Assembly (NCBI GenBank): GCA_025201805.1
Contig: MU619292.1
Location: 126,477-190,476 of the forward strand
DNA from: Parasitella parasitica NRRL 2501
Lineage: Eukaryota; Fungi; Mucoromycota
Length of the DNA stretch: 64,000 nt
Direction of reading: 5' to 3'
Position numbers and translations under genes: made by a program. The notes under the pieces are model-generated. The model was not told the DNA's origin. It did not search any database and was given only the letters and a program-made list of their open reading frames with translations. This document shows positions 26,226 to 37,324 of the stretch, one piece after another (positions within the stretch are counted from its first letter, which is position 1; each line of letters starts with the position of its first letter).

Positions 26226-27524
26226 ATGACCAAAGTCGACAAGAAAAACCCTACATTGCATCTGACGGGTGGCGCTTTGTCTGGTATGGTAGCTTGTACA
26301 GCACTACAACCTTTAGATTTGATCAAAACTCGCCTGCAACAGCAACGTCAGGATCATCTGGCATTTCTGAAAGAAGCTAAAAGCAAAGGCTTAAAAATAT
26401 CGCCACAGAAAAGGTAATCACGATACTCAAACTGCAATGTTCATCCTAATCTTGTTGTTCTTAGTAATATATACTCCACCATCAAAGACATTGTCTACAG
26501 TAATGGGTATAGTGGGCTTTGGAGAGGCACTATACCTACGATTATGAGGTAAACATACTGATAATAGGTCTTTATTTGGTAAGATTTAACACTTTTTTTT
26601 ATTTTTTTTTTATTTTTTTATTTTTATACTATGAAATCAAGAAACGTACCTGGCTCTGCATTGTATTTCTTTGCCTTATCCGAGACACGTGAAATATTAG
26701 CAAAAACAAGAAGTACCTGGCAACCGTTACTGAATAGATCTGGAGCCAATGGCCTACCCACAGCCGAACATCAACGCTGGGAGAATTTATTCTCTGGGTC
26801 TGCAGCAAGAGGTGCAGTAGGCTACGTAATGATGCCCATCACAGTTGTCAAAGTGAGGTATGAGGTAAATGACTAAACTATGATGTATTTTTAAGCGTTT
26901 GAAACTAATGACCCCTCAAGAGTAACTTTTATAATTATACAAGTTTAAACCAAGCTTTCAAATCCATCATCAAAACGGATGGCATTAGAGGTAGGATACG
27001 GTTTGCTCATCGATTGGCATTATTAATGACCGATTCATACGAGTAGGATTGTTTGCTGGTTATGGTGCAACATTTATTCGGGATGCTCCTTTTGCTGGTA
27101 TATATTTGTTTTTTTATGAGGGCTGTAAAACATGGGCAAATGGTAAATGTTACAAAGCATAAAATATATGGCCAGCAACTAAGTTTAAACGAAAATCATA
27201 GAATATGTTGTGAGTCATAATGTCCCGGTAGCGAATGCATTAGTCAATATGGGATCGGGAATCGCAGCTGGTGTAGCAGCTACTTGTACCACGCAGCCAT
27301 TTGACATGCTAAAGACTCGTATGCAATTGAAGCCAATAATGTATAAAAATTTGATTCAATCTGCCAAAAAGGTTTACATGGAAGAGGGTTTGATGGGATT
27401 TTTTGATGGCATTAGTGTTAGATTAATCCGTAAACCTTTAAATTCTGCTATTTCGTGGACCATTTATGAAGAAGTTGTTCGTTGGTATAGTCGTAGAGAT
27501 CAATTACTGAAAGAAAAACTTTAA
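26226..27524 (+). CDS. HEM25: Mitochondrial glycine carrier Hem25/SLC25A38, multi-exon
   Basis: Three carrier repeats (QPLDLIKTRLQQ, MPITVVKVRYE, QPFDMLKTRMQ) plus subfamily motifs RNVPGSALYF, RDAPFAGIY, RKPLNSAISWTIYE. Confidence 0.88.
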
Positions 27525-28089
27525 CTACCATGTACAAATAATTTAAACCCTTATCACTAAATCTTTCATACATCCCTCTCTTTCTTTTTTTGTCAAAATC
27601 AAATTTTTATATTGTTATACTATCACCAAAAGATTATTTACTCGACTGAAAGCATCTGTTTACTTATGCGCCAACTTTTTAGTAGCATACATAGAAGTAA
27701 TCTTAATAATGTACATGTCATTCATGAGACATTTTCAAATGTCATTGAACCTATTCCAAAACAGTTTGAATGTCACTCTGATTTTCTTCAACCCACCTCC
27801 TGGGCTAGGGAGACGTTCTTTGATTTCCTCAATATCTTTTCGTATATCTCCTAAAGCGTATTTAGCTATTTTCGTAATTTTTGTAGTTTTTTGTAATTTT
27901 TACAATTTTGCATTCAATAACCATATACTTTTAAAAGGCTTGTTTCAGATCTTCAAAGTCAAAAACAGTGGGAATTTATGTATGAAAAGCCAAGATGGGC
28001 TTCCTGGGAGCAGTGCACAATTTCTCCGCTTGCTTTAAAGGGGATTGGATACAGTTTTCCCGTTCCTTAATTGCCTTTTCCTTTTGTAA

Positions 28090-30087
28090 ATGACCTTAAC
28101 AAAAAAGACCTTCGTTATAATAGCCTCCAGTACAAGCGAAACTCAAATAGAGTTGGATATCAAGGTAAGAAATACTCGCATGTAAAAAACTACTGTAAAC
28201 AGATGAATTGACCAAGAGAGTTGCTGAATTAGGGTTGTTATGACTCTAAATTTTTGAGGTATCGAGGTGTGCCAAAGGGCTTATTGCCTATTTCAGGCAG
28301 ACCCGCCCTTAGCTGGTGCTATAAATATGTTCAGAATAGGTTTGATCATGTATATATTATATCCAACGCATACAAGTAAGTATCAAAAAAAGAGTCTATG
28401 TGAGAAAGACTAGGAGCCTTTTGTATCAACGAATGTGGTTTTATGCAGCTTCAAACATTTTGAAAGATGGGCCAGTGGAGTCAATTTTCCTCGAGAGAAT
28501 ATCCTGAATAGTGGCCTAAGGTAACGTGTAAGTTATACGTAGGATTGTAAAGACTGGCTAACAGTCTGGGAAAGTACTGGCATTTTACAGGACCTTGCGT
28601 TCGTACATCGAGTCAAACAGATTCAAAGCGACATTGTGATCACATGTGCTGAAATGATTCCCACTGAAGTGGTACAACACAACCACTCTAAGCTTTTCGA
28701 TGTAGATCGCAACTTTATCAGAATGATTGACGACGTCCCGTTTGTATTTGGCATGTCATTAGAACTGCTCCAGGGGCTAGACGCCTATATTGAAAAGGTT
28801 GCACCTACAGAAGACAGGGATCAGTGGAACAGATTGAAGCTCTACATTATAACAAAGGCATACGGCGCTTCCATTTCCAAGCTGTCGGCCGACGATTATC
28901 CCGTTTTCAGCTACGTAAACCCTAATGTTTCACTACAATCTTATCTGAACGTCTGGCAATTCTGCAAAAATGACGATTTTGACAGCAGTTGCAAATCATG
29001 CAAGCTCCAGACTGAACCACTGCATATGAAAGCTTATGCTCGTGTTGGATTGATGGGTAATCCTAGCGATGGCTTCTACGGCAAGACTATATCTCTCCTG
29101 ATATCCAATTTCTGGGCAGAGGTCACTTTGATTCCTAATCACTCAGATAATAAAGAAGTAGAGGCGATCACCATACTCCCCAATCCTGTTTCAGATCCTC
29201 ACAAATTCTCTTCGCTCGAGTTCCTGGTAGGTGTTTCTCAAATCGATGGTTACGAGACTGGAGACCGCTTATTGCAAGCATGCTGTAAAGTGTTTTACTT
29301 GCATTGCAAAGAGAACGACATCCCCATCGATACGAGACAAGGCTTTCGTGTAATGTTCGAAACTAACATTCCGCGTCAAGTTGGCTTGGCTGGATCTTCT
29401 GCGATTATCACTGCGCTATGGAAAGTGTTGACGTTGTTTTACGGTGTCACTCATGAGCAGATTCCACTGGAACTACAGGCTAGCCTTGTGCTAAAAGTCG
29501 AATGGGAAGAGCTAGGTATTGCTGCAGGTCTTCAAGACAGAGTCATCCAGGCTTTTGGCGGTTTAGTTTATATGGACTTTGAGCGCGAATACATGGAAGC
29601 GCACGGCCACGGAAGATACCAGTCATTGGATGTCAGTTTGTTGCCCAAACTTTGGCTGGCTTACGTCGCTGATCCAGATGATTCGGGCAAGGTCCATAGC
29701 ACTGTAAAGCAGCGATTCCTGAATGGCGATGAGGAGATTGTAAAAGCAATGCACAAGTTTGCCTCCTTCACCGAGCAAGCGCGCCAGAGTCTGGAGGCGA
29801 ATGACCACAAAAAATTTGCACAGTTGATGTCTAGCAATTTCGACCTTCGTCGGGAAACCTACGGGGATGCCGTGGTAGGTGCGCCCAATCTACGAATGAT
29901 TGAGTTGGCGCGAAACCATAACTGTGCTGCTAAATTTCCAGGCAGCGGCGGTGCCGTTGTGGGTATGTGGAATGGTTCTGAGCCGGAAATGGAGAGAAGC
30001 GATCTCTTGCGATTGCGACGAGCATTAGAAAGCGAAGGATTTGTGTTTCTGGAGATATCCCCCATGGTGCACAGTGATGCTTATTAA
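28090..30087 (+). CDS. Glucuronokinase (GHMP kinase) with N-terminal nucleotidyltransferase-like domain, 4 exons
   Basis: Kinase motifs KAYARVGLMGNPSDGFYGKTIS, TNIPRQVGLAGSSA, LGIAAGLQDRVIQ, SGKVHSTVKQRF, AKFPGSGGAVVG. Upstream exons (28090-28164, 28233-28375, ~28449-28520) encode GVPKGLLPISGRP...VYIISNAYNFKHFERWA...FPRENILNSG. Confidence 0.85.
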
Positions 30088-30884
30088 GAACACTGGTACT
30101 TTCGAACATGTTCTTCCTACAGTTTTATTATGGAAAGAGCCATCAGACATTTCTAATAATGGATCTTTAATAAACACTGTTCCGAATACACATGAAACCA
30201 GATCCTGATATGGACAGGCTAGGAGAGAGAGAAAAAAAAATCTTATTCTGTACAGGTGCCTGTTCATGTCAAAGTTTAAAGAATGTAATTACGTCCCTGT
30301 ATCAAAGTGATGCGGTGTACTGTATTGTTTAGAAAGTATGCTGATCTGGTGAAATCATGTGGAATCTAGAATACTAGCGTTAAGAAATACACACAACAAA
30401 GCTGTTGTTTGTAGAAAACATCTTTGGTGTAACTGCACGATTATGCAAGAATACGTATGTATTAAATGCAACATCTCAAAATAGCACACTAGACGCTGGG
30501 TGCCCTGTGTCTAACGTGAACAAGTCAGATTGAGAAAGCAAACTTCTGCTGAGCATGAGTCCTCGGCCATAGGGCATTCTTGCGTAGTTATTTTTGGCAT
30601 CCACCATGCACCAGTGCCAAGTCGACTGCAAAGCTTTTCTTTTCAATGCTTGGCAAGGAGTAGCACGTTCTATATTCTCTGTGTTGATAGATTTCAATAC
30701 ATTATATACATCATTGGCTTACACACCAAGTTTATCCGTCCTATGTGGAACGAACGCCAATGGACTAACAGTAGAAGCATCTCCGAATACGCTGTGAAAC
30801 CTTGATTCTGATCGCACAGAGGTATAAAAAGGACGCTTCTTTGCTGCTTTTTCTTGCAATTGCAATTAAGATACTTCCTACACA

Positions 30885-32829
30885 ATGCAAATTACAGCAG
30901 GTATTATTTCTACAACCATTATTATTGGGAGAAAATGTCACTTGTACTAACACTAATGTGTATAAATAGCCCTCACGTTACTAGTTGCTACTGCCACAAC
31001 AGCAGTTGCCGCTGCGTCAAATATAACTTACACTGTGGTCTCACTTCAACCCAGCAACCAAACAATTGGCGTAATTGTCGATAACCAAGTATATCCTTTG
31101 ACGTCCGTAAGTGATAAATCACCGTTGATTCATTATGGCGAGGCCCCTGTCGCTACTTCAGGCTACAAGTATGCTGTCCTTGATAAGGCAAGCATAGCAA
31201 CCATTGTTGATCAAGAGAGTTTTACTCGCAAACCTGTTACAAGCGACAGTACCCTGAATGAGTATTACGGAAGGTCCTGGAACACTATGAATCTCACTCA
31301 GCTGCCTACAATCATGGAGCCACTTCCTATCATTAATCGTATAAAATCTGATCTCCATATTGACGGTGAGATACCTACCATCCACATCACTGGAAGCCAG
31401 TCTGCAATTGACAACCTGCACGCAAACAACTACGCTGACATTGATGTGAGCGATTTGAACATGACTTATATTAGGTTTGTAATAATTTGAGCGCTCTTTC
31501 CATTCGCAACTTTGATTAAGGAACCTGTATAATAGTCCTCGCGATGTCAAAACATATAAAAACATTACTCTCGCAGTTGCTGGTTTCAGTTCTCGTTCAT
31601 TTCCCAAACTCTCCTACAAGCTCAAGATCCCCAAGGGTGGAGATGGCCTCTATGGCTACCGCCGCTTCAAATTACGGTCTATGGGCTTTGATCTATCATA
31701 CATGAGAGAGGAGCTGGCTTATGCTATTGCAGAGTCTGTCGGGCTTCCTTCTGCCAGATACAGCTATGTTCGCATGTTCATGAATGATCAGCCTCTGGGG
31801 TTATTTGGATTTTCCGACAATTTTAAAAACCCCTGGCCCAGAAATACATTTGCAGATGGAAAAAAGAAGAATTTTGACCAAGGTGCTTTGTATACGGCTA
31901 GTCCTAATAGTGAAGCCAACGCCTCAGACCTTCCCAAAGCTTTAGCGAATATCTCTCTCGATCAAATAGCCAAAGCCTCCAAATTGGGCCCTCAAGACAA
32001 CATCAGCCCTTCTAAATCTGATTTGACTTATTTGGGCAACAACCTTACTGATTATAGCATACACTATTCTGTGCGCGAAGATCCATCCTCTGGCACTGCC
32101 AATTACACTCGTATCATGGACCTTTGTAAATTTATTTCTGAGCAATCCAACACCACGTCTGACGACTCGGCAGTCGCTTTGTGGGATGAAAAGATAGATG
32201 TGCCTAGTTTCTTACGCGGTATGGCTTTTGAGATTGTCACCTCGCAATCTGACGCTTACCTCGCTAATGGTAACAATTACATTTTGTACGACGATTTGGA
32301 AAACGAGCGCATCGTTTACAGCAATCAAGATTTTGATATCTCCATGGGTAAATCATTGTTTCTTGTATTCAACTTTGTTCTAATCGTCATTGCGTTTCAC
32401 ACAGGCACTGCCTTTTTGAGCCCTGAATTAATGCACGGTGGAAACTACACCAAATTTCCAGGTTTCCTTGAACGCCCATTGACATCTCGACTACTTGCCG
32501 TGCCTCAATTCAAAAGGGAGATCGGTGAACTCGTATACAACTTTACCAGGGACCTTGTCAACACTGAAATTCTGTTTCCTCGCATTGACGATCTTTATAC
32601 TTTTATTGAGCAAGATGTAGCTTGGGATAAAACATTGCCTCGTGTTGGAAATAACAGTTTGCTTAATGCAGCTGGTGCTAATTTCACTTTTGATGATATT
32701 CCACTCTGGTTTGGTATAAATGGAACTGTTCCTGACCCTGCAGTTGCGAACTTTAGCATGAGTCTCAAAAGCTGGATCGAGCTTCGTAGCACTAACTTGC
32801 TGAATTTCTTTAATGCAACCAGCAAATAG
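30885..32829 (+). CDS. cotH: CotH-family secreted kinase / spore-coat protein, 4 exons
   Basis: Spliced signal peptide MQITAALTLLVATATTAVAAAS. CotH motifs NEYYGRSWN, IPTIHI, AGFSSRSFPKLSYKLKI, RFKLRS, YMREELAY, SYVRMFMNDQPLGLF, SDAYLANGNNY, QDFDISMG, RPLTSRLL, DVAWDKTLPRVG. Confidence 0.9.
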
Positions 32830-34242
32830 AAAGCTAAATTTTAATCTATACTTGTAATATATGTATATTATCAATGTAAAGGCTATTATCGTATTAATTG
32901 ACCACCCATTGTGTAATCAAAAAAGATGAGCCATTTTACTTAATAAATCATTTAAAAACAAACTATTAAAGCAAAGGCTTTTTTTTTTTTTTTTGAAGGC
33001 ATATGAAATTTTGCTTCGAGTATCTATTAGATTCATTTTTTTCCGTGCAACTTCACCTCTGTTGGGGCGAATCCACACTAAGAGTAAACATTAGAAGCGG
33101 TGATTGAAAAATCTAATGATCTTTGATTTTTCATTCTCGTTTTCGACACAATTTGTCCATAAATTTATGTTTCTTGCACTTGGTTCAAAATATGATCTAT
33201 CAAACATCCCTCGGTTACTTAAGCTTTTTAGTAGAGTATAAAAATATACATCTAATGGTTTTTGTAATTTTTTATTATGTTAAAAAATGATTGCATAGAG
33301 CTTAAAAAAAGAGAATTACATTTCTGTGAGATAAATCAATGTTTTATTAAGCAAAAGTAGTTTTTTAATAAGAAATTAAAAAGAAGATATTTGTAGCTAC
33401 AATTTGAGCTATTGTATAAGGAAATACATTAATTTTTAGTAGAGATAATGGTGTTTGTTCAAAATAGCATCGATGCCCTCGACCAATAGCCTTGCTTGGA
33501 GCGCCTGATTTTGATGAAAAAAATCGACCTCTTTTTTCCCAGAAAAGTGTACAGTGGCAAAGTAACAAGTGAAACGTTACTTTTTGGCTTAGAAAGTAAT
33601 GCTTGATTTCGTTTGTACTTTGAGATATAGCATATTTCATTACTTGGATATTACAGCGTTTTGGAGCAATTGATCGTATCATTTAACTATCTCTAAACAT
33701 TCCCAAAGCATGCCATGGATCAGTAACCAAGGTAACATTCCTAGTTTTACCACGGAAGAGAAAAATAAGGTATGGTTAGTTTTATACAGTCAATAAAACG
33801 ATATTTAATACCTAATAAACATGTGCTTGCTACACAACGTGCCATGCTGAGAAATGAGTACGCCATAAAAACGAACTGCTTGCATATCTATAGTTAAATA
33901 GTCAAACAATGGTATACGTATATACGTATATACGTCGACTTTACTGCTGAGAGTGCTGAATTCTAGGTTGTAATTTTCATACTTGCTTTTCTTTAATTGC
34001 TACAATCAACATCAATTGTGTCCGCCTCTTGGTTATATTATCGCTGCTCTAAACTGCACAGAGCAAACGAGCACTGCAAGTCCAGAGCATTATATTTGCC
34101 AGGAAGGACCAGGTGCATCTTTTACAAAGATGATGCCTGGTGTCTTCTCTTCTTGCAGAATGAACAGAATGAACCCACCGCATTGGGGATACATGATGTT
34201 AAAAGTCAGGTTTTTTTTTTTTTTTTTTTTTTTTTAGAAAAA

Positions 34243-34569
34243 ATGTTGAGAAGACAGCCTACAACGATTACTTTAACCGCTGAAGACATAGAGGTTTTCA
34301 AACAGCTGCTATCAGATCAGCAAAAACAGCGAGATCAAATGGATAGATCCAGTAAGAACCAAGATGAAATAGCGGTTGACGACAGCGACCCAGATGACAT
34401 CTTTATGGGCAGATCCTTAGTACTCAACGAACGTAAGCGAAGACGAGAAATAGATACACGGCTTGGCTTAGTAACAGAAGAGGGGGCGGGAGAGAAAAGG
34501 CAGCAACCCCAGCAGCAAACAGAGGCGAACAGCAGCAGCGAACCCTTATTTAAACGTGTACATTTGTAA
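34243..34569 (+). CDS. CDC26: Anaphase-promoting complex subunit Cdc26-like
   Basis: Short ORF beginning MLRRQPTTITLTAEDIEVF, matching the conserved Cdc26 N-terminus; the rest is low-complexity. Confidence 0.75.
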   Translation: MLRRQPTTITLTAEDIEVFKQLLSDQQKQRDQMDRSSKNQDEIAVDDSDPDDIFMGRSLVLNERKRRREIDTRLGLVTEEGAGEKRQQPQQQTEANSSSEPLFKRVHL

Positions 34570-34725
34570 TTAAAATGGTTTCAATATGACCTACCTTGGG
34601 TAAAAATATATAGCAAAACGGTCAAAATAACGGCCCTTTTTTCCATTATATATATATTTATGTAAACTTGTGCAAAATAGTCCTCTTTCAAAGTTTGCCT
34701 TTCTTTGCCTGCAATGAATCTTTGA

Positions 34726-37020
34726 ATGTTGAAAATGATCCTGATTCCAATATTATTCATTTGCCAGCTGCAACTAACTCGAGCCTATATCATTCAACCT
34801 AGATTTGGACATTCTGCGGTGCTTGTGAATGACAGGTATGCCGTGGTAAATAGTATACATAAAACACTGGATCCAAACATGTTGTATAGCATCTATTTTT
34901 ATGGTGGTGACTCCTCTGTAAGTTCTGCCATCAAAAACACATCAGAGTGGCTGTCCGAACTATCCATTTTGCCTATTCATTCGCCTTACTCATTGACGGA
35001 CCCACCATGGAAACCAGCCTCTGGCCCGCAAGATTCCATTGGGGGGCCACCAGTGTACTCTCACATTGCGTTCATGGGCGGTACAAACGGTGGTAATATG
35101 ATTGTCATTGGTGGTGTGACGCCGCAGACCGATACTCTCGCAACGGACGAAGAGCCGACAGCTTATAGCTATGATTGTGATTTGGGACGATGGAATTCGT
35201 TTAGTCTACCGAGTGGTAATCATTTAAACCGACAAGGTGCCGCATGCACGACAACTGAACATGGCATCGCCTATATTTGGGGTGGCAAACGTACAACGAT
35301 CAACTCTCCTCCTCCTCCCCCTCCTCCTGCTACCACCACTGCAGCTTTGACAAATATCACGTTGAGGCCTGCCTTGTCCTCGAACATGTACCGATTCGAC
35401 TCTACGTTTCCAGCCAATTCGGCAGTCATCTCTACGCAAGGATTATCTCCACCTCTCCGTTATGCTCATACACAAACGCTCATCTCAGATCATAAAATAG
35501 TGGTTTTGGGTGGGTTCGATAGCGCTACTGGCGAGCCTATTCCTTTATCTGAAATCTGGGTGTACGATATTCGAATGTCGGCCTGGAATCAGATCAATGC
35601 AACGTTGGATGTCGAAAAGAAGCCTGGTGCTAGAAGCAGCCACAGCCAAGTACTCATGTCAGATAGGTTTTCCATTCTAGTGTATGGTGGTTATGATGGA
35701 TATCATGTTTATAACGATGTAGCTGTGCTGGATACCAGAACTTGGACATGGACCGTGAAAAACACTAATGCTGCTGTACAGGGAAGAGCGGATGTAAGCC
35801 TTTTTTATTTATATGTTCCTATATGATTTTGCAGACAATTTTTACTTATTATCCTTAGCATACAGGTAATGAAATTACATGGAAAATTTAGATGGTTATT
35901 AATATATTCGTAAAAAGCAACGCTTATTGGTACAAATATGATTGTGGCATTTGGATTCACAGGCGTATCGACAGCCTTGACAGTAATGGCAGATATCGAA
36001 GTGCTCGACATAATAACCTGGAGCTGGACTTCAGTGTACACGCCTTCGCCTGGATTCAATACAGGAGTAATCGGTGGAAAACAGAATGGGACAGGGGATT
36101 ACTCTGGCAGATCAAATGGACCGAGTTCACCATCCATCGCAATAGTAGCTGGCGCTGTCACAGGAGGATTAGTTGTGTTTCTATTAATCATTGTAGCATT
36201 TTATCTACTAAACAACTACCACCAAAAACAGCGCAATCAATCAAAGAGCAGCGACCATGACGACGAGTGTTCGGATACATCGTCTTCCTACACCACTGCG
36301 CACCAACAACACTCGTCGCCCAGACTTCCTCTTCCAGCCTCTATTCACGTATCTCTCCCCTCTCAGCACCTGCAACATAAAGAAAAGCTGGAAATAAAGT
36401 TCAGGGATCCACCCTCTTCCACTGAGCCATTTGAATACTGCCAAAGCTCGTCGAGAAGACCGTCGAACCAAGTACCTCATCCATTGCAGATTAACACGAG
36501 CAACCTGCCCACTCGATCTGATACAATTGGCACTGCTACCACTGCCAATTCATCTGTATTACTTGTGCCATCTCCATGGACACCTATCCAGACTAAGCCT
36601 TATAAAGAACACGACCAAGAAGTCATACCGTCGCCATCATCGACTACTACATTTGGATTTGATGTTGAGCGTGGTGATTCATCATCGTCCACTACATTGC
36701 CTGATTGGGTTATTCGCAGAGCAGCTAGCACACCTACTCCACACCACTATCAGCAAACGCCCATGCAGTCCATTGCCAGTAATATTAGCAAGCCAGATGA
36801 CAAATCTTATCCTCCAAACCAATTAAGAAGAGCAGCTACAGTATGCGAACTCACTAATAAGCTATCATCGAGTTCAATTCCTACATTGGCGACCAAACAG
36901 CCGCTAGGAGCAGATGCGGACGCTGAGGATGATGATGATGATGACGATGCCTTGTTTGACAGACAAGAATTCATACTTCAATCCAACGAGGTAGCCAAAG
37001 TAGACGACATGGCTCTCTAA
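34726..37020 (+). CDS. Type I membrane protein with an extracellular kelch beta-propeller and a Ser/Pro-rich cytoplasmic tail
   Basis: Signal peptide; kelch repeats (PRFGHSAV, IYFYGG, YIWGG, RYAHTQ..VVLGG, RSSHSQ..VYGGYDG, GRADHTATL); TM IAIVAGAVTGGLVVFLLIIVAFYLL. Includes microexon 35859-35865. Confidence 0.85.
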
Positions 37021-37324
37021 TGTATCATAGAAACATATACAATATTCCTCTCTCTCTTTCTCCTACAGCAACCCTCTCCTCTTCCGCTCCCCTTTATTAT
37101 TGCATATTATAAATAGCTTCAATGTATATATAAAGTACCTCGGCAATGTCCTGCTGAACCCTTATTCTCAAAAATGACATCCGCGGCAATGCTTCCTGCT
37201 CTCAAAATGGGTTTAAATTGCTCGTTGCACCACCAAATATAAATAAAACGGAGGGATCTATTTTTATAAAATTCCTTTCTTTTCTCTTGTTCACTTTCTT
37301 TGTTGGTGGTTTTTTTTCTATAGA

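Noticed and set aside
27612-28038. Short ORFs and a possible minus-strand exon (GDIRKDIEEIKERLPSPGG) between HEM25 and the glucuronokinase
   Set aside because: No start or flanking exons could be assembled and no family was recognised.
32818-32844. Stop-codon readthrough of CotH giving a PTS1-like AKF end
   Set aside because: The stop is TAG-A rather than the leaky TGA-CTA context, and the protein has a signal peptide; likely coincidence.
33997-34242. 5' extension of the 190-aa ORF upstream of CDC26
   Set aside because: It starts at a non-ATG codon and crosses a poly-T run (poly-Phe); Cdc26 proteins start at the MLRR motif.
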